A DNA stretch of 64,000 bases from a virus, in IMG/VR virus record IMGVR_UViG_3300020204_004581; one strand, 5' to 3'. How positions within the stretch are numbered: position 1 is the first letter of the stretch; every line of letters starts with the position of its first letter. The notes under the pieces were generated by a model. The model had not been told where the DNA came from and made no database searches. It worked only from the letters and a program-made list of their open reading frames with translations. Shown here piece by piece: positions 28,176 through 36,439 of the stretch. The translations under genes and the position numbers were made by a program.

Positions 28176-28513
28176 TGTCGATTATCAAAACACAACCCTC
28201 ACAAAGATTATTCGAAGGAAGAATTATTGAAACATCCGAAATTTCTTTAATTAATAACGAAGAATATTACATTACAAGCGGTGAAGATTGTATTGTTGTA
28301 AGAGGAGATAAATCTACAACAATCAAGTTACAAAGCACAACTACAGATCATGTAGTTGTCAAAGCTTTAACACATCTAATTATTTTACCAGATATTGGTA
28401 GAATTGACGAAGATTTCGATGAAATAAGTTGTGATAGAGGTGCATGTATTGAGTTCAGATTTATAAACGGTAATTGGTACATCCTGTCATCAGATGGGTT
28501 GAAACAATCCTGA
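28175..28513 (+). CDS. Hypothetical protein (beta-rich, probable virion component)
   Basis: 112 aa, translationally coupled to the neck gene. Confidence 0.6.
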   Translation: MSIIKTQPSQRLFEGRIIETSEISLINNEEYYITSGEDCIVVRGDKSTTIKLQSTTTDHVVVKALTHLIILPDIGRIDEDFDEISCDRGACIEFRFINGNWYILSSDGLKQS

Positions 28514-31288
28514 CATTTTTTTCCAATCAGGATCGGCCAATTCATACATATAGTCAGGCCGCAAACCTCTTTTATTCCAATAATCGAGTTCTTGCTCTGT
28601 TATATCAAGGACATCTTCTTTCAGTTTGTCTTGATCAATCTCTTCAAATGGCTGACCATTTATGAGATCACACTGAGCTTTGGTGAATATACCCCTCTGT
28701 TCAGGATCATCAACAATTAGACCATCTCGGACTTCTTTTTTAAAACACACCAATAGTGGTTCTATTCTTTTATTAAACGTGGTTATAGATCTTGGTACAT
28801 TATATTCACCTGTAAGGTTCGGGTTCGTTTCGAAAATATTATCATCGAGCAAATAGCAATTGACAACGACACCCTCTGTAATAGGTTTATATTTTGGATT
28901 CATGTTGATATTGTACTGATTGGTATCTTTGATTTGTTTTGCGGTCATTTTTTGAACGTCTCCTTGTGAAGCTTTTTTTCCGTTGTTCACGTACAAGATT
29001 ACGTCACCAAGATTTACATTCAAATTATTTTGTATTGCTAATTCCATATGAGCCATTCTACTCATACTGTTTCCCGCCTTTGTTTTTTGTGTTAGTCTTT
29101 TTTTATAGTCATCCAAAGTTAATTTAACCCTCGCTCTTTGTGCTATCTTAGAGAGTGGAATTTTTTGGTCGAATATTTTTTGTAGATATTCATAATAGTA
29201 TTCAATAAACTCTCGTCCTTGCCCTTCGAGTAACATTCTAATACCTTGATCCAAAAACTCCTCGATGTATATGGGGAGTTTTTTTGATTTTATAGAATTA
29301 CCTGTTAGCTTTATCTTCCCATTGGCATCCATGACCGCGTAGTTTTTTCGAGCTAAATTAATACAAGAGGGCCAAAGTCCATCTGTGTCGAGAGCCATTT
29401 CACCCCTCATGAAAATATCGTTATATTCCGCTACGTCAGCGTCAGCACCTGTGTATTCTTTACCAAAATTAACCTTCCAATTCAGACCCCTACCGATGTA
29501 TTTGTGAGTGTCCACGTCATTCGGACTCGAGAAATTCACACCATCAGTATCCATAACAAGTGGAGTGTAGCCTTTGGTCATAAAAAACTGAATCATTTGA
29601 CGAAGATATTGTCTCCCTGTGCATGTAATCTGTTCACCCATGTACATGTCACCCCAAGCAAATACTTGTGGAGCGGATAGTGCACCAAACATCGAGTTGA
29701 TGAATATTTTAATTGGTAATTGTTTATTTGAATATGACGCTGATAATTGGGGATCTGTTGTGTAATACTCCTCGGCAAGTTGTTTATATCTGATACGAGT
29801 GTCACGAAAATATTTAAGCATTCCTCTCATTCCACCCGTCACATCACAATCAGGAAAAACGTCATGTACAAGTTGGATAGATGGGTATAGAGACGAGAAA
29901 TCAAGTTTTAGCACATTTTTACTATATCCAACTTTAAGTAGTCGTGAAAGACCTCCAACAAATTCGGTCTTATCTTGTTTTGCGGGTATCGGGAGTCCAT
30001 GTTTGTAAGACCATGCGATCATTAACATCTTCCATAAAGTTGCGGTACCCATTGTGGACACTCTTTCATAGGTTGTTGGAATCATGGATGCAAGTAAAAA
30101 AGAAGCTTGATTGAATTCCTTATCAACAGCTAAAGTTTCTTCCAAGTCATCATCAAGATATTTTTCAACAATTTTATCTCCTGTTGTTCGAATATAAACA
30201 TCTTCTCTTTTCTCACAAATTATGTCGACATTTTTATCTTGACCAACTTTTTTATACTTACCATTATGTATGTTAAGCCAGTATTCCTCTTTCTTAGAAT
30301 ACATCTTTCCAATATCTGCGTGTTCGATGTATACACGGTCTTTTGCTTCTTTATTTATAAATTTTGTGATGTATTTAAGACCCGCTGCTTTAATACTTGA
30401 GTTGATTGCTTGGGCCCTACGAACAGCATGAATAATATCAATGACATTATAACCCCATATTGAAGTTTGTAGGTAGTCCTCAACTTCGTTTGCAAGTTTT
30501 AAAATACTTCCCTTCCTTGTATATGAATGACTTGGATTTAACGATTTGACTGCCTTCCTCATATCAATACCAAGCCTTTGAGCTCTTTCAAAGATCCAAT
30601 GCCAGTCAAAGTTGGCTGAATTATATCCACCGATTATGCTCGGCTTTATTTCATCGATTATATTCAAAAACTCCAAAATTGCTCCTTTCTCTTGAGATTC
30701 ATCCAAACATTCAATTACTTTATGATAACCTTTATTAGTTTTGATTCCAATCATAAAAATTCGTCCATCTTTCGGATCCAATGCGTCAGTCTCCAAGTCA
30801 AATACCAATCTTGTAACATCATCATAATTGCTAAATCCTTTGAATAATCTTTTTTCTTTTACAATAAAATATTGCTCCACAGGAGGAAGAATTAAGATCT
30901 TATCTTTAGCCGTTTCACTCCAAGGGTCAAAATTACCATCTCTAAAGAATTGTATAAGTTCTCTGTAACCTTTCAAAGATTTTATCATAAACGTAAGACC
31001 TTTTTCGAGTCTTTCGTTATCATGGGTGTCTAATTTCTCTATTACAATTCCATACTTGGACATGGCTTCTTTTTGTGCCATTTTTGACCCATTATAGAAA
31101 TTTATATTTCTTAGATCTCCAACCCAAGCAAAAGGAGTAAAAGTATCTTTTCTAATTTCTTTACCTTTACCAGGTATCTCTTTGATTTTGAAAATGGAGT
31201 TTGAAACGTAATCAAACTCAATAGCAACTATAAATTGTTCGTCGTCGTTTCCCTGTAGGAACGATTCAATTTCCTCGTTAGTAAACAT
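28490..31288 (-). CDS. polB: Family B DNA polymerase
   Basis: Exonuclease motifs FDLET, GYNSANFDW, YLDDD; polymerase motifs LDFSSLYPS, KIFINSMFG, DTDG. Confidence 0.95.
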   Translation of the reverse strand: MFTNEEIESFLQGNDDEQFIVAIEFDYVSNSIFKIKEIPGKGKEIRKDTFTPFAWVGDLRNINFYNGSKMAQKEAMSKYGIVIEKLDTHDNERLEKGLTFMIKSLKGYRELIQFFRDGNFDPWSETAKDKILILPPVEQYFIVKEKRLFKGFSNYDDVTRLVFDLETDALDPKDGRIFMIGIKTNKGYHKVIECLDESQEKGAILEFLNIIDEIKPSIIGGYNSANFDWHWIFERAQRLGIDMRKAVKSLNPSHSYTRKGSILKLANEVEDYLQTSIWGYNVIDIIHAVRRAQAINSSIKAAGLKYITKFINKEAKDRVYIEHADIGKMYSKKEEYWLNIHNGKYKKVGQDKNVDIICEKREDVYIRTTGDKIVEKYLDDDLEETLAVDKEFNQASFLLASMIPTTYERVSTMGTATLWKMLMIAWSYKHGLPIPAKQDKTEFVGGLSRLLKVGYSKNVLKLDFSSLYPSIQLVHDVFPDCDVTGGMRGMLKYFRDTRIRYKQLAEEYYTTDPQLSASYSNKQLPIKIFINSMFGALSAPQVFAWGDMYMGEQITCTGRQYLRQMIQFFMTKGYTPLVMDTDGVNFSSPNDVDTHKYIGRGLNWKVNFGKEYTGADADVAEYNDIFMRGEMALDTDGLWPSCINLARKNYAVMDANGKIKLTGNSIKSKKLPIYIEEFLDQGIRMLLEGQGREFIEYYYEYLQKIFDQKIPLSKIAQRARVKLTLDDYKKRLTQKTKAGNSMSRMAHMELAIQNNLNVNLGDVILYVNNGKKASQGDVQKMTAKQIKDTNQYNINMNPKYKPITEGVVVNCYLLDDNIFETNPNLTGEYNVPRSITTFNKRIEPLLVCFKKEVRDGLIVDDPEQRGIFTKAQCDLINGQPFEEIDQDKLKEDVLDITEQELDYWNKRGLRPDYMYELADPDWKKMSGLFQPI

Positions 31289-31298
31289 AAATCTTAGC

Positions 31299-31343
31299 GA
31301 GTGGTTTATTGGCTTTCACACAATTGTGAAATTTACCTTACTC
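31299..31343 (-). promoter_or_regulatory. Structured 5' leader of the DNA polymerase mRNA
   Basis: Nested pairings GAGT/ACTC, GGT/ACC and TTTCAC/GTGAAA, ending 10 nt before the ATG. Confidence 0.45.
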
Positions 31344-31351
31344 ATCTACAA

Positions 31352-31382
31352 TAAATATAAAAAAAGAAAACCTATCGTCAAA
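31352..31382 (-). promoter_or_regulatory. Early/host-type promoter of the DNA polymerase gene
   Basis: Minus strand (T)TTGACG-16 nt-TATATTTA. Confidence 0.6.
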
Positions 31383-31760
31383 CTAGCAACAACCTTCTGA
31401 AATGAAACTTGGTTGCACGTTAATAAACAATTGTTCTCGAATTGGGAGAATCAGATTACCTTCATCACTGCTAAGTAGGAATTGACCTTCATATCTACCC
31501 GGTGTGTTTGTCTGCATTGCGGTAAATTGGAAATATACATAATACTCCGTAGGTGTTCCAAGCTCAGCGTAAGTTTTTTCAACAATACTTGCAGGAGCTG
31601 ATACTACTTTGGGTATACCTGTTGCTGTGTTGATCATGCTGAAAAATATATTTGACACTTCCAATAAATTCATGAATGTGACATAATCACTTCTACCGTC
31701 CTTGACAATTTGCATTTTTAGTAATGGCAGTGTTGCATTTTGCAATATAAAAAATTCCAT
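31383..31760 (-). CDS. BppU-N-like Ig-fold virion protein
   Basis: MEFFILQNATLPLLKMQI...YFQFTAMQTNTPGRYEGQF...LILP; preceded by TATTTAT. Confidence 0.55.
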   Translation of the reverse strand: MEFFILQNATLPLLKMQIVKDGRSDYVTFMNLLEVSNIFFSMINTATGIPKVVSAPASIVEKTYAELGTPTEYYVYFQFTAMQTNTPGRYEGQFLLSSDEGNLILPIREQLFINVQPSFISEGCC

Positions 31761-31777
31761 ACAAATAAATATATTCG

Positions 31778-33460
31778 TTAGGATTCTTTACGTAAGCTTC
31801 TTTCGTAATGGTCAAATCTATTGTGTTCAGTTGGTGTCATAAGAAGAATACCCGCGTAAATTCTATCTTTCTTCATTTCTTGATATATGTGAGACATCCA
31901 AGTTTGTTCGTAAGGTCTTGCCCAAGTTGTTTCTAAGAACATTTTTTTATTTCCTTGTTTCGATACTATTTGTGGCCAATTACAATAGTATATTTCTCCA
32001 ATTCCATATGGTATCCCCTGATAGGTGTTGACTAAATAAAAACTTGTTTTGGGTGCATTTGGATCCAATCCTAAATCAGGTAATCTTTTGTTGTTCGGCC
32101 AAAACTCCTCTCTTACGGATTGAGGTACATTGTACCATGCCCATTGAGTTCCATTGTCACCAAAAAATTCTGTGTAGTTCATTTTCATGAAATCAAAAGA
32201 CTCTTTATGCATTATTTCCAATGTCTTCAAATATAAGTTTGGTGCATATCTATTGAATCCATTTCTACAAACCCCACCGTCTAAGTAGAAAAACATATCA
32301 TCTTCAAAAAAATGCATATATTCCAAATCTGTTTTTTCGAAGTGTTCCGCGATGAACTGTCTTCCACCACAAATACCCAAGTTGCCATTTTCAGGTATTA
32401 TCTGCTCAAACCCATATCGATTACACAACTCCTCATACTTTTGAAAAGTTGAATTATCGGTTGAGTTGTTCAATAAAAACTTTTTAGGCATTTCCAAAAA
32501 ATTTTTATCATATTTTTCCATGGACTTAATCAAAGTTTCGAATTGATTTGGACTATTAAACGTGATTACATACAACCCAACTTTTTTTGGGTCCAAGGGT
32601 TGTTGGGCTATCCCATTCATCTTGAACTCTGTTTTAGGTTCCAATCTGTCATTCTTCAAATCTTCAAAAAACTTACCCAACAAACCATTACCTTCAATTT
32701 CAAAATAATTTATAAGGTCTGCGTTTTTATAACACATGATACTAAAAATAGATTCCTCAGTACCCATGTATCCATCTCTCAACGTAGTATTCAATAGATT
32801 GTAATATATTCCATTAATTTCAGATATTGTCTCCTTAGGTCCGCCAAAAAAACCACCACGAGCAACTCTTTCGACCTTAGCCCCAGCAATCTCATTCATT
32901 TTATTAAACTCGAATCCGTGTATCTCTGTGTTTGCCTCATAAGGAAAGCATATGAATGAGAACTTGGTAATATATTTTGACAACTTATCTAATACATGAT
33001 CGTGAGTAAAATACCCTGGATGTACTGTGTTAGTTATTCCACCATCCAGCCAAAAAAGATATTTGGAATTAAACCTGTCCATGATTTTTGCATCATGTAA
33101 CAAAAACATTTTGGACATAACCAATGGATTATAAAGTTCAAGTCTTGACTGAGTGGACTCTGATAACCAACCGGCCAAATTTTTCCATTTAGTATTATTT
33201 CTGATAGTTTGTATGTTGTTGTAGAATTCGTTCTGTTTAAACCAACTAACGTCTCTCACAATGAATTGAGTTTTATTAGGGTCCCTTTTTTTCGAAACAA
33301 TCTCTTGCAGTTTTTCATCACCATAAATTATCATATTAACATCAAAGTCTAAAAGTAAATCAAATCTTTTAGTGTAATGAGAATATGAACGAGACCATCC
33401 TTCAGTAAGATCTTCCCTACCGATGTCCCAAATGCCAGTCACAATTGTAATGTCACTCAT
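31778..33460 (-). CDS. Two-domain glycosyltransferase: HtrL/YibB-like N-terminus plus GT-A (GT2-like) C-terminus
   Basis: ITIVTGIWDIGR...SRSYSHY, WLDGG, GGFFGG, EESI; second domain NLGICGGRQFI...FFEDDMF. Confidence 0.7.
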   Translation of the reverse strand: MSDITIVTGIWDIGREDLTEGWSRSYSHYTKRFDLLLDFDVNMIIYGDEKLQEIVSKKRDPNKTQFIVRDVSWFKQNEFYNNIQTIRNNTKWKNLAGWLSESTQSRLELYNPLVMSKMFLLHDAKIMDRFNSKYLFWLDGGITNTVHPGYFTHDHVLDKLSKYITKFSFICFPYEANTEIHGFEFNKMNEIAGAKVERVARGGFFGGPKETISEINGIYYNLLNTTLRDGYMGTEESIFSIMCYKNADLINYFEIEGNGLLGKFFEDLKNDRLEPKTEFKMNGIAQQPLDPKKVGLYVITFNSPNQFETLIKSMEKYDKNFLEMPKKFLLNNSTDNSTFQKYEELCNRYGFEQIIPENGNLGICGGRQFIAEHFEKTDLEYMHFFEDDMFFYLDGGVCRNGFNRYAPNLYLKTLEIMHKESFDFMKMNYTEFFGDNGTQWAWYNVPQSVREEFWPNNKRLPDLGLDPNAPKTSFYLVNTYQGIPYGIGEIYYCNWPQIVSKQGNKKMFLETTWARPYEQTWMSHIYQEMKKDRIYAGILLMTPTEHNRFDHYERSLRKES

Positions 33461-34337
33461 CTATTTTGTTTAATTCTGTTAATATTTTATAGAAACTTTT
33501 ATTTCTTTCAAAAAGATTTGGATCAGTACCTGGCGGGCAATTATCTTTACACCACCATATGTCAAAATGTTTACGTTTAAATCTATCAAAGTGATTGAAA
33601 TACATCAAAGTCATAATTTGCTCCTCCATCGGTAAATTTTCATCTGCATCTTCCAAAACTTTTTTCAAGTAATCTTCGAAAGTTGTTACTAACCAATTCC
33701 AATTTTCTTTTCTTCCACCAAATAGACCACCTATGATATGTATAGATCTGTCATAGCTTGTGTAATATTTTTTATCGACGGTTCCAGACCAATAGTTTCT
33801 ATCGTTTTCTTTACCTATCATAAAAATTTTATCATCAGTAAATTCTATTAGATTTTTCAAAAAATCATTCTGAAATAAATTTGACTCGTAATACTTTCTC
33901 TGTACTCCTTTATCCGTTAGATATTTCAAGGGTATCAAACCACAATGTGACAATCCAGCATCTATCCAATAGTAATGATCATAAGAGCCATCTTCATTCC
34001 ACCACCAATGAAACTTCGAGAACTGAACTTCAACACATCTATCAGATTTTCGCACTTGTTCGATATTCTTTTTAGAATTAATTATATTTTTGAATTTAGT
34101 CTCGTACAAATCAAAAACTTTAAACTCGATTTTTTTTGGATCAATCTTATGGACATCGTAGAAAAAGATTTCTAGCTCTGACTTTTCATCTTCTGTCGTA
34201 TAACATACAAAAACAGAGTCTGTCATTTTGAGAAGTGACAATAAACTATATCTGTAATGACTTCCTCTAGCGGGTCTACCACCTAAATCTGTTCCATTTA
34301 ATTTTGAATATATTGCTGTTATAAATTTAACTGACAT
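33453..34337 (-). CDS. HtrL/YibB-like glycosyltransferase
   Basis: KFITAIY, YWIDAGL, IGGLFGG, EEQIMT; paralogous motifs to the neighbouring gene. Confidence 0.6.
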   Translation of the reverse strand: MSVKFITAIYSKLNGTDLGGRPARGSHYRYSLLSLLKMTDSVFVCYTTEDEKSELEIFFYDVHKIDPKKIEFKVFDLYETKFKNIINSKKNIEQVRKSDRCVEVQFSKFHWWWNEDGSYDHYYWIDAGLSHCGLIPLKYLTDKGVQRKYYESNLFQNDFLKNLIEFTDDKIFMIGKENDRNYWSGTVDKKYYTSYDRSIHIIGGLFGGRKENWNWLVTTFEDYLKKVLEDADENLPMEEQIMTLMYFNHFDRFKRKHFDIWWCKDNCPPGTDPNLFERNKSFYKILTELNKIDE

Positions 34338-35070
34338 TATAATCTATGTGTTTTTGTGTACTTTTTATTTCCTCTGTCCTTTCCTGGTATAGGTAATAAT
34401 CATCAATTTTTACAGGTGAATATTGGTTCCAATTGTAAACCTGTGTATAATAATTATTATACATTCCATGGGATACGTCGGAATAGGATCTTCTCTGTGG
34501 TGCAATGGGCACTATAGGGCAATAACTCTGTTTTATTGGATAAATGAAGTGTGCTAAGTATCCATCAATAGGGTAATAATAATCTCCACTCGTGAATGCA
34601 GTTGTTGATATATTGAACATTTCGTCGTACACGGACTCGTCATATATCATCATGTTGGTCGCAAAAGTTTCTGCATTGTCATTATTTTTCCTTGGGGGTA
34701 ATTCTGTTATATCCAATAGTAGGTTGTATTTTTCACTACGGTTTACGTTCCTATTGAGTGTTGGGGTAACGTTGAAAACTGAAAACTCTATTCCCTCTAT
34801 TTGTGATTCTAATTTTTCTAAGAATGATTTGGCATAAGGCATGAATATACAATCATCTTCAATTACCATAACCCTCTTGTATCCTCTGTCCTTTGCAATT
34901 TTGATACATTCCAAATGTGATAAAGTACAACCCATATAACTGTTTCTGTTTATTGCACTAAACCTTTCATAGGACCAACCAATATAATTCATCTCTTTGT
35001 TTATGAGTGATAAATTTTCAGGTCTATGGTCAAGATTTATAACAAACTTAGCTAATTCTGAAAATTTCAT
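34327..35070 (-). CDS. GT25-family glycosyltransferase
   Basis: VINLDHRPE, ERFSAI, GCTLSHL, VMVIEDD. Confidence 0.8.
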   Translation of the reverse strand: MKFSELAKFVINLDHRPENLSLINKEMNYIGWSYERFSAINRNSYMGCTLSHLECIKIAKDRGYKRVMVIEDDCIFMPYAKSFLEKLESQIEGIEFSVFNVTPTLNRNVNRSEKYNLLLDITELPPRKNNDNAETFATNMMIYDESVYDEMFNISTTAFTSGDYYYPIDGYLAHFIYPIKQSYCPIVPIAPQRRSYSDVSHGMYNNYYTQVYNWNQYSPVKIDDYYLYQERTEEIKSTQKHIDYNVS

Positions 35071-36335
35071 TAGCTTACATGATTGTGAGTAAGTTGTCCT
35101 GTTAATCTCTCACACCATCCTTTTGATTCTGAGTGAGGCCAAACCACCCAATACGATGGCATAAAATCTGTCTGAAATTCTCTCCAAATTTTACAATATT
35201 TGTCAGGATCTCTGAAATAACCTTGTATTTCATTTTTGTCTGAGTCTTTCCTAAAAAGTGTTTCATCGTTAGGACCGTGGAATGCAACTACCCAAAAATC
35301 ATAATCCTTTTCAGGTACTCTGTCGTATCCAATATCGATACAGTGTTTGTAAAGTTTAGTGAAATCATTTTTCCAATCTTCTTCAGTTGCGTAGTTGTAA
35401 GGATTTGGAGGATAATTTTTATCTAAAGTGTATTTTTGTACTGATCTTTTCTCAAATAAAATACCGGCATATTTCTCATATTCTTTTAATGTTCTTATAG
35501 GTCCAAACCCATAAGGTCCATCATGACCTTCTTGAGTTTCACCGTCCATACCGAATAATCTTCTATTTGTCAAATGACTTTTTTGGTTTTTTTTAACCCA
35601 TTCTTTGTCATCGTCCCATTGCTTAGTCCTACCTTTACGAGTGTATTCGTGATATACTACTGGAATGTGTGGGTGAAACAAATCATATCCCCACGTATAT
35701 GCTCTCGCAGCAATAGAGATTTCCTCTCCATGGAAATAGTATTCGGGATTGTGTTGAACTTCAACTGAGAACTTACCCAAAGTGAAACAAAAATGAGCGG
35801 AATAAAATCTTGAGGTAACGGGTTTTTTCATTTCTCTCCAACCTGGTATTGTCTCAGGTAGAAAAAAAACAGCACCCTCTGGAATAAACCTATCAAACGC
35901 CATTCTCCAAGCATCTTGAGCTCTCCCCGCAGGATCGTTGTCAGGGTCGAAGGAAGGTATGTAGCCCGTAAGTAGAGGCTTCTTATACCCATCCTTCTGT
36001 AGACCCTTTATCATTTTGATTAAGATATCATCCCAATCCTTTATAAATCTCATGTGTGAGTCAATTTGTAATGTATAAGTCTCACCATCATATAGTTGTT
36101 GTACCAAATGTCTCGCCCAACAAACTCCTTTAGCTTCTTGGTATGGTATATCTAAAATTTTAAATCTCTTGTCGGATCTAAATTCGTCTAAGTTGTCAAA
36201 TCCATCTGTTTCATTGAACTGTCTAGCAATACCCAAAACTAAATTTTTGGGTCTTTTTGCATTTGCTAGCATGTCTTTAATTGTTGGAACTAATTGTGGA
36301 TCTCTGTATGAGGCTATTTGTACATAAATTTTCAT
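35070..36335 (-). CDS. GT60-family (Gnt1 / polypeptide alpha-GlcNAc transferase-like) glycosyltransferase
   Basis: IYVQIASYRDP, GVCWAR..Q.LY.GE.Y.LQIDSHMRF..DWD, FHGEE...ARAYTWGYD, YH.Y.R. Start set to ATG 36335. Confidence 0.85.
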   Translation of the reverse strand: MKIYVQIASYRDPQLVPTIKDMLANAKRPKNLVLGIARQFNETDGFDNLDEFRSDKRFKILDIPYQEAKGVCWARHLVQQLYDGETYTLQIDSHMRFIKDWDDILIKMIKGLQKDGYKKPLLTGYIPSFDPDNDPAGRAQDAWRMAFDRFIPEGAVFFLPETIPGWREMKKPVTSRFYSAHFCFTLGKFSVEVQHNPEYYFHGEEISIAARAYTWGYDLFHPHIPVVYHEYTRKGRTKQWDDDKEWVKKNQKSHLTNRRLFGMDGETQEGHDGPYGFGPIRTLKEYEKYAGILFEKRSVQKYTLDKNYPPNPYNYATEEDWKNDFTKLYKHCIDIGYDRVPEKDYDFWVVAFHGPNDETLFRKDSDKNEIQGYFRDPDKYCKIWREFQTDFMPSYWVVWPHSESKGWCERLTGQLTHNHVS

Positions 36336-36351
36336 TAAAATATATTTTTTT

Positions 36352-36386
36352 AAAAAATAAAAAACCCTCTTGATAAGTGGAGGGTT
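36352..36386 (-). terminator. Terminator-like hairpin between the mucin-like gene and the GT genes
   Basis: Minus strand AACCCTC-10 nt-GAGGGTT followed by TTTTATTTTTT. Confidence 0.65.
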
Positions 36387-36439
36387 CAATAAAAAATATT
36401 GAAAATGATTACACTTGGGTTACTGTTACTACGAAGCCA

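Noticed and set aside
23712-31288. Inteins or introns in the SNF2 helicase or DNA polymerase
   Set aside because: Lengths are normal, motifs are contiguous, and no splice-junction or homing-endonuclease motifs were seen.
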